The notes beneath the pieces were generated by a model. The model was not told the DNA's origin, ran no database searches, and saw only the letters and a program-made list of their open reading frames with translations. From NCBI GenBank assembly GCA_040225955.1, contig JBECUL010000004.1, positions 8,297 to 72,296 of the forward strand: a stretch of 64,000 nucleotides of DNA, given 5' to 3'. Numbering within the stretch: the stretch's first letter is position 1; each line of letters starts with the position of its first letter. The translations under genes were made by a program, and so were the position numbers. Origin of the DNA: Candidatus Asgardarchaeum abyssi. GTDB taxonomy: Archaea > Asgardarchaeota > Asgardarchaeia > Asgardarchaeales > Asgardarchaeaceae. This document shows positions 10,368 through 21,051 of this stretch, one piece after another.

Positions 10368-12656
10368 TCACTTTGTTAGAGCCATGAAATCTATAGTGAT
10401 GCTATCAACGTCTGTAAATGTCGGATAGTACACATAAATCATTATTTGAACGCTTGTTACGTTTAATCTTCCAAAATAAAAGGTATCTATTATAAAGCGA
10501 TTTTCTGATTTCAAGAATAGAGAAAGTATTTTCTGATTTTCTGAAACTATAACCATCCGAGCTATCGAGTGTGTGAGCTTTGCTTTATATCCAATAACGA
10601 GAAATCTAAGTGGTATTGACATATTTAATGGAATCTCCAAAAGCGCAAATGCGTCATCTCTTGTACTGTTAATTAATATTTCAGTATATGTTAGGTTAGT
10701 GATCATTTCAATAATATCGTTTCTGACAACTTGAAAAACTAAAGGGGGATCCTGAAACAAACTAGATGTATTTTTGATTAGCTCTTTCATTAAATAATAA
10801 TGCTTGTATCTTCTTGTGAAAAAGTCTTCCAGTAAAGTTATGTTCTTTATCTTGTATATTCCGGGCGATAGTTCTTTTGATAATACTCTTTCAATAGGCC
10901 CTATCGGATAAGTTTCATTGGTAATAATTATATCACGGGTTTTCCAATCGTCAAATTTTTTTCCAAGAAAATCTTTTTTACCTTCAACAAGGTCTCTTAA
11001 AGATCCTAGATAAATATTTGACCCTATGATCATTATAGGCCAATAATAAGATGCTTTTAGCATATTATATAAAATAACGACCAATATGCTCTGATTTTCA
11101 AATCCGTACTTCTCTCTAATCCAAGTTAACTGCTCGATAACAGCATCTCTTGGTCTATACGATAATGCGGGATAATAAGCGCGAGATATGGTTTCTCCAA
11201 GTAAGAGTGAAAAAATAAGACTTACAAATAAAAGTGTGAATAGCCTTCTTCTTGAGGGAATTAGTATTTTATACTTTGAGAAGATTTTTATTGCACTCTT
11301 CTTATGTATATTTTCGTGCAAAAAGTCAAGACCGGCACCTGTGAAGAGAGGAGTAGGATAGAGTAGATAAATTCTATATACTTGCATATATCCTAAAATT
11401 ATGACGAATGACGTAATGTACAGCACCCATAATGTTGACAAGATTCCGAACTTTCTATTTCTTTTTAATAAAGCAATTGTGCCAAATACGCTTAGCAACC
11501 ATAGTAGGGGATTTTCGACTGATGGGTGATAAAGCCATCCAGGAGGTAGCGAAAAGAAGTGAAACTCTTTTCCCACGAGATTAAGCAACCAGTATATCGC
11601 GTCGATATCATAAACTAAGAATAACGTAGAAAGAATGCTCAAAATCAGGAGCAATTTTAAGATATACATTGTACTATAAGTAGCTGTTCGGTGCTTAATA
11701 TATGAGTTAATTAATGATAGGATTATTACTAAAAACAAGAAAAGAGCTACTAAAATTGCTGTCCAAAAGTGTGTCAAATAAAGTGTTATGATAATTATAG
11801 AGAGAAATATTGAATCTTTTATGACACTTCGTCTGCTTTCAATCATGAAAATTTTTGAGAAGAAAAGAAGAGCGATAAAAAGGAGGGCATCTGCTATCAA
11901 TTGCCCATATAAATCATAGGAGACTCTTATAAACAATAAACTTAGGGGTGCTGTAAGTCCAACATAGAAGGATAATCTAAAATCCTTTGTTGCAAGGTAT
12001 GATGATATGGCAGCCAGAGCTATATACAAGGAACCAAAAATTATCGGTGTTACTAACCCAATTATATCAAAATTATCTCTGAGGAAAAAGTAAATAACAT
12101 ACATTATTAACGATGGAAGTGGTTTACTCAATTTTAGAGCACTTAAGATGCCATATTTATCAATATATTCCCCATAATAAACATAAGACGGTGTATCAAA
12201 GCCAACAATTCCTACAACGTCAAAAAACCTTTGCCAAACAACAAGCAACTCTACAATAAATAAACACACAAATGCTACAAATAGCCTGTAAGCAGATATT
12301 TTCCTTACCTTTTCCTTATAATCTATAAAGAAAGCTTGCGAGAGCTTTGATATATGGTCTACTATTTCACTTGGAATGAATGATGGCTTTCTCTCCAAAA
12401 TTATTTCCAATTCATATATTACGAAAGCAGTTAATAAAATTATAAGGTATGCAAAAAAGAGGGGAATACTGAAGATATTATCAATACGATGCCTTTTCAT
12501 GAAATCAAATAAATAAAATGCTGATTCGAAAAATGGATTATCATAAAATACCCAGAGGGCCGATGATAATCCTATTACTATTGCAATTATCATTAAGACA
12601 TATATTGTGACTTCCAATTTTGTTGCAGTTATTCGCTGTTCAACCATTGGAATCAC
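10368..12656 (-). CDS. Large membrane protein, putative GT-C-fold glycosyltransferase
   Basis: GFDTPSY, RVSYDLYGQ, THFWT and YRIYLLYP motifs, many TM segments, soluble C-terminal region; paralog of 61156-63117. Confidence 0.55.
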   Translation of the reverse strand: MIPMVEQRITATKLEVTIYVLMIIAIVIGLSSALWVFYDNPFFESAFYLFDFMKRHRIDNIFSIPLFFAYLIILLTAFVIYELEIILERKPSFIPSEIVDHISKLSQAFFIDYKEKVRKISAYRLFVAFVCLFIVELLVVWQRFFDVVGIVGFDTPSYVYYGEYIDKYGILSALKLSKPLPSLIMYVIYFFLRDNFDIIGLVTPIIFGSLYIALAAISSYLATKDFRLSFYVGLTAPLSLLFIRVSYDLYGQLIADALLFIALLFFSKIFMIESRRSVIKDSIFLSIIIITLYLTHFWTAILVALFLFLVIILSLINSYIKHRTATYSTMYILKLLLILSILSTLFLVYDIDAIYWLLNLVGKEFHFFSLPPGWLYHPSVENPLLWLLSVFGTIALLKRNRKFGILSTLWVLYITSFVIILGYMQVYRIYLLYPTPLFTGAGLDFLHENIHKKSAIKIFSKYKILIPSRRRLFTLLFVSLIFSLLLGETISRAYYPALSYRPRDAVIEQLTWIREKYGFENQSILVVILYNMLKASYYWPIMIIGSNIYLGSLRDLVEGKKDFLGKKFDDWKTRDIIITNETYPIGPIERVLSKELSPGIYKIKNITLLEDFFTRRYKHYYLMKELIKNTSSLFQDPPLVFQVVRNDIIEMITNLTYTEILINSTRDDAFALLEIPLNMSIPLRFLVIGYKAKLTHSIARMVIVSENQKILSLFLKSENRFIIDTFYFGRLNVTSVQIMIYVYYPTFTDVDSITIDFMALTK

Positions 12657-12658
12657 TG

Positions 12659-13882
12659 CTAATATTTTGTTAGAATACTTTTGTACACTTCAATTAACTT
12701 TTCGGTTGAAAATTTCCAATTATACTTATTCTTTATCAGCTCTATGCATCTTTTTCCATACTTATAGGATTTATCTGGATCGTCGAGAAAATAGGATATA
12801 GCATCAGCAAAATCCTTTGGATCATCCTCAGTAAGCAGTCCTATGTTTTCTTTTCTTATGATCTCAGACCAAGAGCCTATATCATTAGCAACAACAGGGA
12901 TACCAACAGACATGTAATCAAATAATTTAACAGGAGTTCCCATTTTTCTAGGTAAATCCTTCGTTGACGGAACCACACCGACATAAAATGAAGCTAAAAA
13001 CTCAAAGAACTCATTTTCATTTGGTATCCAAAAGAAATGTGGCGAGACATTGATTTCTTTCGCTAATTTTTGAATCTTACCAAGATGTTCTCCTTTCTTT
13101 GTAATGTAAAATTCTGCTTGAGGGACTCTTTTAAGAACATAGGGCATACTTTTTACAAACAAATCTACGTGCTCCCGATAAGCAACAAGCCCAGCATAAA
13201 CAGCACTTGGATTCTCACTTCTTTCTTTTGGTTCCTCACGCCTTAAAGTACCACCAGGCTCAACTATATGAATTTTTGATTTGTCAACATCAAATGATTT
13301 TGTTAGGTAATCATACATAAAGTTACTAACACTTATAATACAGTCTGCGCCGCTCATTATTTCGCTTTCTATAGACATCAATACATTGTATCTTTTATCA
13401 TGCCTCTTAATGATACCCATTACAATAAGCTCTTCTGGCCAAATATTGTGAATGTCAGCAATTACGGGGATTTTTAGTTTTTCTTTTATTGACACTAATG
13501 CAGCAGCCGCTATTTCCTGCTCACCTTGAATTATATCCAACTCCATTTTACAGCTTGTAATGAAATCATAAATACTGGACCCCAATGAGTTGATTATTTT
13601 TCTTATCGTTCTCTCTCTTAGCATAATCAAACGTGATAAGTAGGGGATGTTCAAAATTTTTCTAGCAATACTATACATTTTCTCTGAAAAAGCAGATCCT
13701 CCAGTAAATGTCTTTATTTGATGAAAAAATACATTCTCTCCCCAATTCTCACTAAAAGAAAAGGGACTTATCACATGAACCTCATGGTTCATTTTTGAAA
13801 GATTTCTTGAAAACTCTCTAACTCGAACTATAGAGCCCATACTTTCTTTAGGTGGGTGTGTAACCACAATACCTATTTTCAT
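12659..13882 (-). CDS. Glycosyltransferase family 4
   Basis: Likely start MKIGIVV at 13882 after GAGGTAG; PVKLFDYMSVGIPVV motif. Confidence 0.88.
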   Translation of the reverse strand: MKIGIVVTHPPKESMGSIVRVREFSRNLSKMNHEVHVISPFSFSENWGENVFFHQIKTFTGGSAFSEKMYSIARKILNIPYLSRLIMLRERTIRKIINSLGSSIYDFITSCKMELDIIQGEQEIAAAALVSIKEKLKIPVIADIHNIWPEELIVMGIIKRHDKRYNVLMSIESEIMSGADCIISVSNFMYDYLTKSFDVDKSKIHIVEPGGTLRREEPKERSENPSAVYAGLVAYREHVDLFVKSMPYVLKRVPQAEFYITKKGEHLGKIQKLAKEINVSPHFFWIPNENEFFEFLASFYVGVVPSTKDLPRKMGTPVKLFDYMSVGIPVVANDIGSWSEIIRKENIGLLTEDDPKDFADAISYFLDDPDKSYKYGKRCIELIKNKYNWKFSTEKLIEVYKSILTKY

Positions 13883-13889
13883 GATAGTA

Positions 13890-15242
13890 CTACCTCTCAT
13901 AGAGAAGAGATTTTGTAAATATGTGTTTGCCACTAGGGGGTACGGGTATATCATCGACAATATCCCAAATTATCCTACATTCAGGGCCCATAACTTTCTT
14001 AATCCCTTTTTCAATCTCATTTTTCTCTTTTTCAATGGGCACACCTTTTGGAACAATAAGTATTCTTATTTTATCAAAATCTTCTTGCACAACCTGAAAC
14101 TTCTTAACCCAATCTTTGAAATAAAATAAATGGGTAAAATATTCACCATGAATGATGGTACCGTCCTTTCGAATAAAATTATCCGTAATCCGTCCAGTTA
14201 TCTTTTTTAGAACTGGTAGATAATGACCACATATACCCTTCTCCGAGGAGAGAATACCCGTATCACCTATTTCATATCGTATTAATGGCATGGAGTAATT
14301 ATGAAGTGTTGTTATCAAAATTTTTCCCACAGAGTTTATTTGTTTAATGGATGGGTCATTAAAATTAACAACTTCCACATACTGATTAAATGAAAAAATA
14401 TGCATTTCTTGATGTAAACACTCTCCTGCTATTGCCGATGATTCTCGTGAGCCATAAAAGTTAAAAACTTTAGTCCCAAATACACTTTCAATTTTCTCTC
14501 TCATGAAATCTGTTAACATTTCAGCTGTGCTTACAATTATCTTTGGACTATGTATACTTAGTCTCTTTTTTTCAACAAATCTAGCTAACTCATACAAAGC
14601 GGTAGCGTAAGCACGTATAATATCTGGCTTAAATTTATTTATTGTTGTAACAAATTGATGTAAATCTTTTTCTGTCATTTTAAATGCATTAAGCATTATA
14701 GAGTTTGTTAGCCAATTGATTATTTTTCCTTGAAAACTGCCAGTTAATTCTAGAATTTCCTTCTCCGATCCCCATATCAATGCCTTCTTGGAAGATATTT
14801 CATCGACACCAAGAATATCATAGTAGTAATAGTAGTTTGTTGCTTTTGCCCATCTTTTGTACTCTTTATCTTGAACAAATCTCACTGGTTCCCCAGTTGA
14901 TCCTCCAGAGGAATTATAGTACCAATCTCTCGAAGTATAGTCCTTAGAAAGCAAAAGATTAAAATTATTTCGAATATCGTCCTTTGTTAATGGAGGGATT
15001 TTTGTAAAATTTTCTAAGTTTACCGTTTTCCCATCAGTTACATCATACTCACGAAGAATTTTAGAGTAATATGGGACATTATGATATGCATGTAAAAGTA
15101 AACGAGTTAAATAATTATTTTGAAAGTTAATCAAGTCATCATAACTTTCTATCTTTTTAATTTCCAAGTATTCTCGCCAGAAGTATTCATTAAGCACTTT
15201 TATGACGGCCATATGCAAGGCTCTTTTAAATCTAGAAGGCAT
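13890..15242 (-). CDS. Phenylacetate-CoA ligase family adenylating enzyme (CapK-like)
   Basis: SSGGSTGEP, FYGSRE, PLIRYEIGD, ITGR and SGKH ANL-family motifs; sits in a GT operon. Confidence 0.87.
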   Translation of the reverse strand: MPSRFKRALHMAVIKVLNEYFWREYLEIKKIESYDDLINFQNNYLTRLLLHAYHNVPYYSKILREYDVTDGKTVNLENFTKIPPLTKDDIRNNFNLLLSKDYTSRDWYYNSSGGSTGEPVRFVQDKEYKRWAKATNYYYYYDILGVDEISSKKALIWGSEKEILELTGSFQGKIINWLTNSIMLNAFKMTEKDLHQFVTTINKFKPDIIRAYATALYELARFVEKKRLSIHSPKIIVSTAEMLTDFMREKIESVFGTKVFNFYGSRESSAIAGECLHQEMHIFSFNQYVEVVNFNDPSIKQINSVGKILITTLHNYSMPLIRYEIGDTGILSSEKGICGHYLPVLKKITGRITDNFIRKDGTIIHGEYFTHLFYFKDWVKKFQVVQEDFDKIRILIVPKGVPIEKEKNEIEKGIKKVMGPECRIIWDIVDDIPVPPSGKHIFTKSLLYER

Positions 15243-15331
15243 ATAAATACCCCTGTTTTGTACGTCAACTCTTATTCCTTTGACTTATATAATGCTATAA
15301 TTTAAATTTATCCTATAGCTTTTAAAACAAG

Positions 15332-16528
15332 TTACTTTAATTGTGGCACATTAATTCTTAGTTTGTTTTCAGCAGCATATTTTCTCAGATATTTAAGAAT
15401 AGTTTTAGACATCACATCTTTAGACAACTCTGAGTTGTATTCATTTACAACTTTCAGAAATGCCTTCTCTGCAAGATCCTTTCTCAGCTCAGCATCTTTG
15501 ATTAATTTTTCAATAGCATTGGCTATACTTATTTCATCCCCATCAGCTAATAAGACATATTCATACCATTCTTTCTTTTCCTTAAACGCAGGCCCAGCAA
15601 TAACAGGAACCTTGCATGCCATTGCTTCTAACATGCTTGATGGAAAACCTTCAGAAAGACTTGGAATCACAAAAATATCAGTATCTCTTAAAATCTCTGC
15701 GACTTTTATCGGTGGTTTATATCCAAGAAAAACAACATCATTAAGTTTAAGACTTCTAGCTAAGTTTTTCAGTTTATCTTCTTCTGGACCAAAGCCTACT
15801 ATAAATAATTTGATATTCTCATACTTACTTTTTAGCAAAGCAAAAGCCTTTATGAGAGATAATATATTTTTCTCGGGTGATAATCGAGAAACAGTCGTAA
15901 TTATAATTGATTCTTTCTCCATTTTTTTAGTATCTCTGGGATGGAAGATTTTTGTATCAACACCTTGAACTACGTATATGATTTTTCGTTTATCTATCGA
16001 TGGAAAGTAATTAGAGAGATCAGTATTCGTAACTATCAAGTTAGCAGTCTTAAAAGCTATATGTTCTAAAAGGTACAATATTTTTTCTAAAATGATACCC
16101 CAAGAATAGCGATACCTTACAGTTCTTCTTGAGAGACCAGCAACCCTAATAATACTAATTTTATTTCTAATCCTTGACAAAAGAGAGACTACTAACCCAG
16201 TATATGTATGTCCTCCTAAGCTCATAAGTATGAGATAATGCTTTTTGGAAACAAGTCTGTTTGCTTTCAAAAACGCAAGAAGAAGATAGCTTAAATACGT
16301 TGGTATTAATCTTAATCCAACATTACCCAAATTTGCAAATTTTATTAAAAAAACACCTTTTTTTCGTTCTTCTAACAAATATCTACCTGCAGGAGTGTCC
16401 GAAGCAATCATATCTACGTCAAAAATGGACTCGTCAATTAATTTTTTGAGTAAAGGATAGTATTTACTCTCATAATCTCTTTTCCTGAATCCGGGCTCCA
16501 TTATCACTAGTATTGGAATTTTATTCAT
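15332..16528 (-). CDS. Glycosyltransferase family 4
   Basis: VSRLSPEKN and PSLSEGFPSSMLEAMAC. Confidence 0.92.
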   Translation of the reverse strand: MNKIPILVIMEPGFRKRDYESKYYPLLKKLIDESIFDVDMIASDTPAGRYLLEERKKGVFLIKFANLGNVGLRLIPTYLSYLLLAFLKANRLVSKKHYLILMSLGGHTYTGLVVSLLSRIRNKISIIRVAGLSRRTVRYRYSWGIILEKILYLLEHIAFKTANLIVTNTDLSNYFPSIDKRKIIYVVQGVDTKIFHPRDTKKMEKESIIITTVSRLSPEKNILSLIKAFALLKSKYENIKLFIVGFGPEEDKLKNLARSLKLNDVVFLGYKPPIKVAEILRDTDIFVIPSLSEGFPSSMLEAMACKVPVIAGPAFKEKKEWYEYVLLADGDEISIANAIEKLIKDAELRKDLAEKAFLKVVNEYNSELSKDVMSKTILKYLRKYAAENKLRINVPQLK

Positions 16529-16637
16529 AATTGTTGCACCATTAATATAATTTACGAATGAAAAATGAAAAATTACAAAACATTAAATTTTTAATCGAAA
16601 TTGTGTAATAAATATTAAAAAATTATGTGGACAAACG

Positions 16638-17894
16638 ATGAAAGTTTTACATGTAACCCCATTTTTCGCGGAAGGATATGGTGGAACAGAGAGATACTCC
16701 TATTTTTTAACGAGAAAACTGGCATCTCTTGGAGTTAAAGTTACTGTTTTCACTTCAAGGTTAAGTAATAATTCTCCTGCTGACTATTACATGTTACCTA
16801 ACCTTCGTGTTAGACGATTCTTAACGATGGGAAATATATGGGGGATTAATCCTTTAGCGCTTATGTTTCCTAGCTTACTTGCTGATTTAGACGATTTTGA
16901 TGTTGTTCATGTTCATTCGTACTTGTATTTTACGTCAAATCAAACAATATTAGCTAAAATATATCGAAGCTATATAAATATGGAAAATCCACCTATAATC
17001 TTACAGATTCATGGAGGAATCGGTGTTCCCAAATACATGAAAATTAAGCCATATAAAATGTTCGGTAAGCGATTTTATGATCTAATTTTTGGAAAACTAA
17101 CTTTAATAGCATCTGATTTCATTGTGACAATGTCCGAGCTTGAATGGAACTTACTAAGGAAGTATTTTAGGCTAAAGTACGATAACCATATAATATTGCC
17201 AAACGCTGTTGATGATTCAATACTTAAGAGAGCAAAATTCGTAGAAGTTGATGAAACAGGACCTCCATTTACAGTAATTTATGTTGGTGATCTGGAACCT
17301 TGGAAAGGTGTTGAAAATCTACTTATTGCAACAAAAATCTTAACCAAATTAATAAGGAACTTGCGAGTTTTAATAGTAGGTGAAGGGACACAGAGAAAAA
17401 ACCTAGAGGATTTTGCTACACGAAATAAGCTACCTGTGTGGTTTGCAGGTTATCTACCACATAATAATGCACTTACTGAAATCACGTATTCTAACGTATT
17501 TGTATTACCTTCTCTTTGGGAAGGAATGCCAACAGTACTTTTAGAGGCAATGGCTCTTAAAACACCAGTAGTAACTACAAATGTAGGAGCTGTTTCAGAA
17601 TTAATTAAAAATGAGATTAATGGTTTGATAGTTCCTCCAAATGATCCTAAAGCGCTAGCTAACGCTATATATAGACTTTGGAAGGACCAGGATTTTGCTG
17701 AAAGATGTGCCAATCGCGCATATAATGATGTTAGGCGCTATTATACGTTCTCAAGAGTAGCAAGAAAGATAATTCGATTCTATAAACTAGCAATAGATTT
17801 GGCTCTTGAAAAACGTAAATATCGTCTCTTTAAGTATGTACCAAAGGATATGATTGAACATGTGATGGGTAGACCTTATCAAAGAATAATCTAA
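16638..17894 (+). CDS. Glycosyltransferase family 4
   Basis: GGTERY, DVVHVHS and PSLWEGMPTVLLEAMA. Confidence 0.92.
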   Translation: MKVLHVTPFFAEGYGGTERYSYFLTRKLASLGVKVTVFTSRLSNNSPADYYMLPNLRVRRFLTMGNIWGINPLALMFPSLLADLDDFDVVHVHSYLYFTSNQTILAKIYRSYINMENPPIILQIHGGIGVPKYMKIKPYKMFGKRFYDLIFGKLTLIASDFIVTMSELEWNLLRKYFRLKYDNHIILPNAVDDSILKRAKFVEVDETGPPFTVIYVGDLEPWKGVENLLIATKILTKLIRNLRVLIVGEGTQRKNLEDFATRNKLPVWFAGYLPHNNALTEITYSNVFVLPSLWEGMPTVLLEAMALKTPVVTTNVGAVSELIKNEINGLIVPPNDPKALANAIYRLWKDQDFAERCANRAYNDVRRYYTFSRVARKIIRFYKLAIDLALEKRKYRLFKYVPKDMIEHVMGRPYQRII

Positions 17895-17957
17895 GTAATA
17901 AAATTATAAATATATACTCGTTTTTAAAATTACAATACTATATTATTTTTATTCAAC

Positions 17958-18713
17958 ATGGTGATACCTATGGAAATCAGCTTAACGATATCTTTATGGG
18001 ATTTATTTATAATGGCAATTGCTTATATCTATGTCGTCTTAGTCATTTCTATAGGAGAGCTGCTTAGAAAAAAACTAAACTATGACATAACATTTACTAG
18101 AAAACTCATTCACCTATTTGCTGGATTTGCTGCTTATACGGTTCCGTATTACGAACATCCATGGGTCGCAATCATTGTCGCATTCACTTTCGTAGTTCTA
18201 TTATGGTTCTCATCGCCAAAATCACCCATAAAGAAACTTAGAGATTGGTATGAGGTCATGGCAGATAGAGAGTCTGAACTTGAAGCAGGGCACATATTAG
18301 GACCAGTATATTATTCTATAAGTATAACGGTACTAGTAGCAATTTTCACTATAATTCCAGGCCTTTTCACTAAGATATATGTCCCCATGATTGCTTTAAC
18401 AACGATGTACTGGGGCGATGGATTAGGTGCTCCGATAGGCAAAAAATATGGAAAACATAAATATCAGACGATAGGCGGTACAAGATCTATAGAAGGATCT
18501 ATTGCAGTTTTCATAGGCTCCTTTGTTGGAGCTGTTTTTGCATCATGGTTTTTTGGAATTCTTAATTTCGGTGTATTTTCATCATTTAACGAAATTCTCC
18601 TAATATCATTGGTTGCTGCTGTGACTACAACTCTTATTGAGGCTATCTCCCCAGCAGGATATGATAATTTCTCAATACCCTTTATAGGGACTTTAGTTCT
18701 ATGGTTCCTGTGA
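17958..18713 (+). CDS. Dolichol/phytol kinase family (SEC59/VTE5/DGK1) CTP-dependent polyprenol kinase
   Basis: TRKLIH, WGDGLGAPIGKKYGKH, RSIEGS and DNFSIP motifs; hydrophobic throughout. Confidence 0.87.
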   Translation: MVIPMEISLTISLWDLFIMAIAYIYVVLVISIGELLRKKLNYDITFTRKLIHLFAGFAAYTVPYYEHPWVAIIVAFTFVVLLWFSSPKSPIKKLRDWYEVMADRESELEAGHILGPVYYSISITVLVAIFTIIPGLFTKIYVPMIALTTMYWGDGLGAPIGKKYGKHKYQTIGGTRSIEGSIAVFIGSFVGAVFASWFFGILNFGVFSSFNEILLISLVAAVTTTLIEAISPAGYDNFSIPFIGTLVLWFL

Positions 18714-18834
18714 TAAACAATACCTCTTTATTTTATTATTTCACATCATATAGTATATTTTTAACAACATCTTATGAGAGCAAAGTTTTTAAGCATCAAT
18801 TTTGCATTTTTACTTAGAACAGAAGTGTTAAAGT

Positions 18835-18908
18835 AGCCCGGTAGTGTAGCAGGCCAAGCATGCACGGCTCTGGACCGTGCGACGTGGGTTCGAATCCCAC
18901 CCGGGCTA
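18835..18908 (+). tRNA. tRNA-Gln (CTG), intronless, CCA not encoded
   Basis: Acceptor stem AGCCCGG/CCGGGCT (A1-U72, typical of archaeal tRNA-Gln), anticodon arm CACGG-CTCTGGA-CCGTG, T arm GTGGG-TTCGAAT-CCCAC. Confidence 0.96.
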
Positions 18909-18926
18909 TCATTTAATTACTTTTTA

Positions 18927-20099
18927 TTAATACTTTGAGACTCTAACTTTAACGAATCTTCTAAAAATAGTTTTTATAAAAGTGCTTACTTGTTTTCGTT
19001 TGACTTGATTTAGCTTTTCTTTTAGTGTGATACGTATTGTCTTTTTGTTATAGGACACAGAGAAGTTTTTAACGTTAAAGGCAGCTTTCAAGCAATACTC
19101 CACATCTGTGATATCTACAGTTGGTAGTTTTGAAATACAGTCATTAGGACATCTAACACATCTATTTGTAAAGAAACATAAATTATAGCATGGCACATTT
19201 GCAACATAAGCATTAGCGCAACACGCAGAGTTGTATGCCAAAAGACCCAACTTTAATGCAGTTTGTACTATTTGTTTTTTGAGGTCTGCTTCTTCAATTA
19301 CTATTTGGTGATCTCCTAAAGTTCCCTTTATCCTATTTTTTATTTTGTGTATTTCTACTCCAGCTTTTTCCAATCTACTTAAAATCCGTTTATTTACTCT
19401 TAATGATCCAGCAACAATGCCCTCAGCACCATATTCTTTGCTAGAGGTTAGAATCAAATCTATTTCTTCATCCGTTATACCAGGTATTATTGGCCGAATA
19501 AAAACAAAGGGTTTAAACCCGAAATCTCTGAGATTCTCTATTGTTCTGAACCTAAGCTCGGGGCTAATAGCCTTAGGCTCAATTTGCTTTGCTTTATTTA
19601 TTGTAATTATAGTTATTAAAGGTGAAAGAGGGGTTTTCCCGACAACTTCCCTTAATCTACTAACAGATTCTTCATCAAGATACATTTTCGTAGAAAACTG
19701 TATAGGATTTCCCAAAAAGGTAGAAATAGTCTTTATAAATTCAAATGTTTTTTCCTTCACAGTTGGATAGAAAGGATCCACAATACTTCCAAGAGCTATA
19801 AATGTTCCATTTCTTCCAGGCACAAATGAGGGATTATACAAGAGGGCCAATGCAAGCTCCTTTCCACTCAATGGGTAAGGCTCTGTTTCCTTGAATTTAA
19901 ACCCCATTTCTTCTATATAGCAATATACACAATTAAATGGACAATGAAAACCCATATGTACTGTTATTCCACAAGCTATTGGTATCCTTTTTGTGTGAGC
20001 ATCTCTTTTTATTTTTCTTAGCCTACTTCTATCTTTTATTTCTCTCTCCAGCTCTTTAATAATTTCTTGTTTCGATTCTATAAGGTCTCTTTTTACCAT
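18927..20099 (-). CDS. Radical SAM protein (archaeal, SPL-like), with extra C-terminal Cys motifs
   Basis: CPFNCVYC motif, RPIIPG, SACCA and CxxC; start adjusted to MVKRD after a GGTG SD. Confidence 0.85.
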   Translation of the reverse strand: MVKRDLIESKQEIIKELEREIKDRSRLRKIKRDAHTKRIPIACGITVHMGFHCPFNCVYCYIEEMGFKFKETEPYPLSGKELALALLYNPSFVPGRNGTFIALGSIVDPFYPTVKEKTFEFIKTISTFLGNPIQFSTKMYLDEESVSRLREVVGKTPLSPLITIITINKAKQIEPKAISPELRFRTIENLRDFGFKPFVFIRPIIPGITDEEIDLILTSSKEYGAEGIVAGSLRVNKRILSRLEKAGVEIHKIKNRIKGTLGDHQIVIEEADLKKQIVQTALKLGLLAYNSACCANAYVANVPCYNLCFFTNRCVRCPNDCISKLPTVDITDVEYCLKAAFNVKNFSVSYNKKTIRITLKEKLNQVKRKQVSTFIKTIFRRFVKVRVSKY

Positions 20100-20240
20100 T
20101 AAGGGGCACCAAGTAAATTGCAACTTAATTACTATAAAAATAATGTTATGAGCACCCTTCTAAAAATTTAGGATTTTATGAAAAACATTTAATATGCTTA
20201 TTGGTTGTAAAATATGCATCAAAATAAAGGAGTGTTCAGT

Positions 20241-21050
20241 ATGACGGATGTTGTCTTATCAGCGATACAAATGAACCCAAAACTTTTAGATGTTGATTTT
20301 AATATTCAAGCCACCAGCGAATTTATTGAAAAAGCTGCAGAGATGGGCTCTGAAGTTATAGTTTTGCCAGAATTAGCGAATACTGGGTATGTAATTCCGT
20401 CAAGGAAAGAACTAGAAATGGTAGCAGAGGCTGCCCCAAGAGGAAAAACCCTCACAGAATGGGAGAAACTGGCAAAAAGATATGGTGTGTTTATAGTTGG
20501 TGGTTTCGCGGAAAGAGATGGAAATAAAATATATAACGCAAGTGTATTATTGGGGCCGAATGGATTTATAGGCACTTATAGGAAGATACATCTTTTTGGA
20601 AGGGAAAAACAAATTTTCGATCCAGGAGACAAAGATCTATGGGTTAATAAAACAGAGAAGAATGTAAACATAGGGCTCCTAATCTGCTTTGACTGGATAT
20701 TTCCAGAAGTTGCAAGAGTTTTATCACTTAAAGGTGCCACTATTCTTGCCCATTCTGCAAATTTAGTTTTGCCTTATGCTCAAAGAGCTATGCCAATCAG
20801 AGCTTTAGAGAATAGAGTCTTTACAATTACTGCAAACAGAATAGGCGAGGAAAATGGAGTAAAGTTTACTGGAATGAGTATAATTGCTAATCCTCAAGGA
20901 GAGATATTAGTAAAGGCAAGCAGAGACGAAGAAGAAATCATAACGGCAAAAGTTAATATTGAGGAGGCTCTGGATAAAAAGATCACCCCAGAGAATGACC
21001 TATTTAGTGATAGACGACCAGAATTTTATAAAAAAATCGTTGAGACATAG
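20241..21050 (+). CDS. Nitrilase/carbon-nitrogen hydrolase family
   Basis: E-K-C triad in LPEL, YRKIHLF and ICFDWIFPE; start at 20241 after GGAGTG. Confidence 0.92.
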   Translation: MTDVVLSAIQMNPKLLDVDFNIQATSEFIEKAAEMGSEVIVLPELANTGYVIPSRKELEMVAEAAPRGKTLTEWEKLAKRYGVFIVGGFAERDGNKIYNASVLLGPNGFIGTYRKIHLFGREKQIFDPGDKDLWVNKTEKNVNIGLLICFDWIFPEVARVLSLKGATILAHSANLVLPYAQRAMPIRALENRVFTITANRIGEENGVKFTGMSIIANPQGEILVKASRDEEEIITAKVNIEEALDKKITPENDLFSDRRPEFYKKIVET

Positions 21051-21051
21051 A

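Noticed and set aside
18835-18930. tRNA-Gln as an integration site for an island
   Set aside because: No integrase nearby and no duplicated tRNA 3' end noticed in the window.
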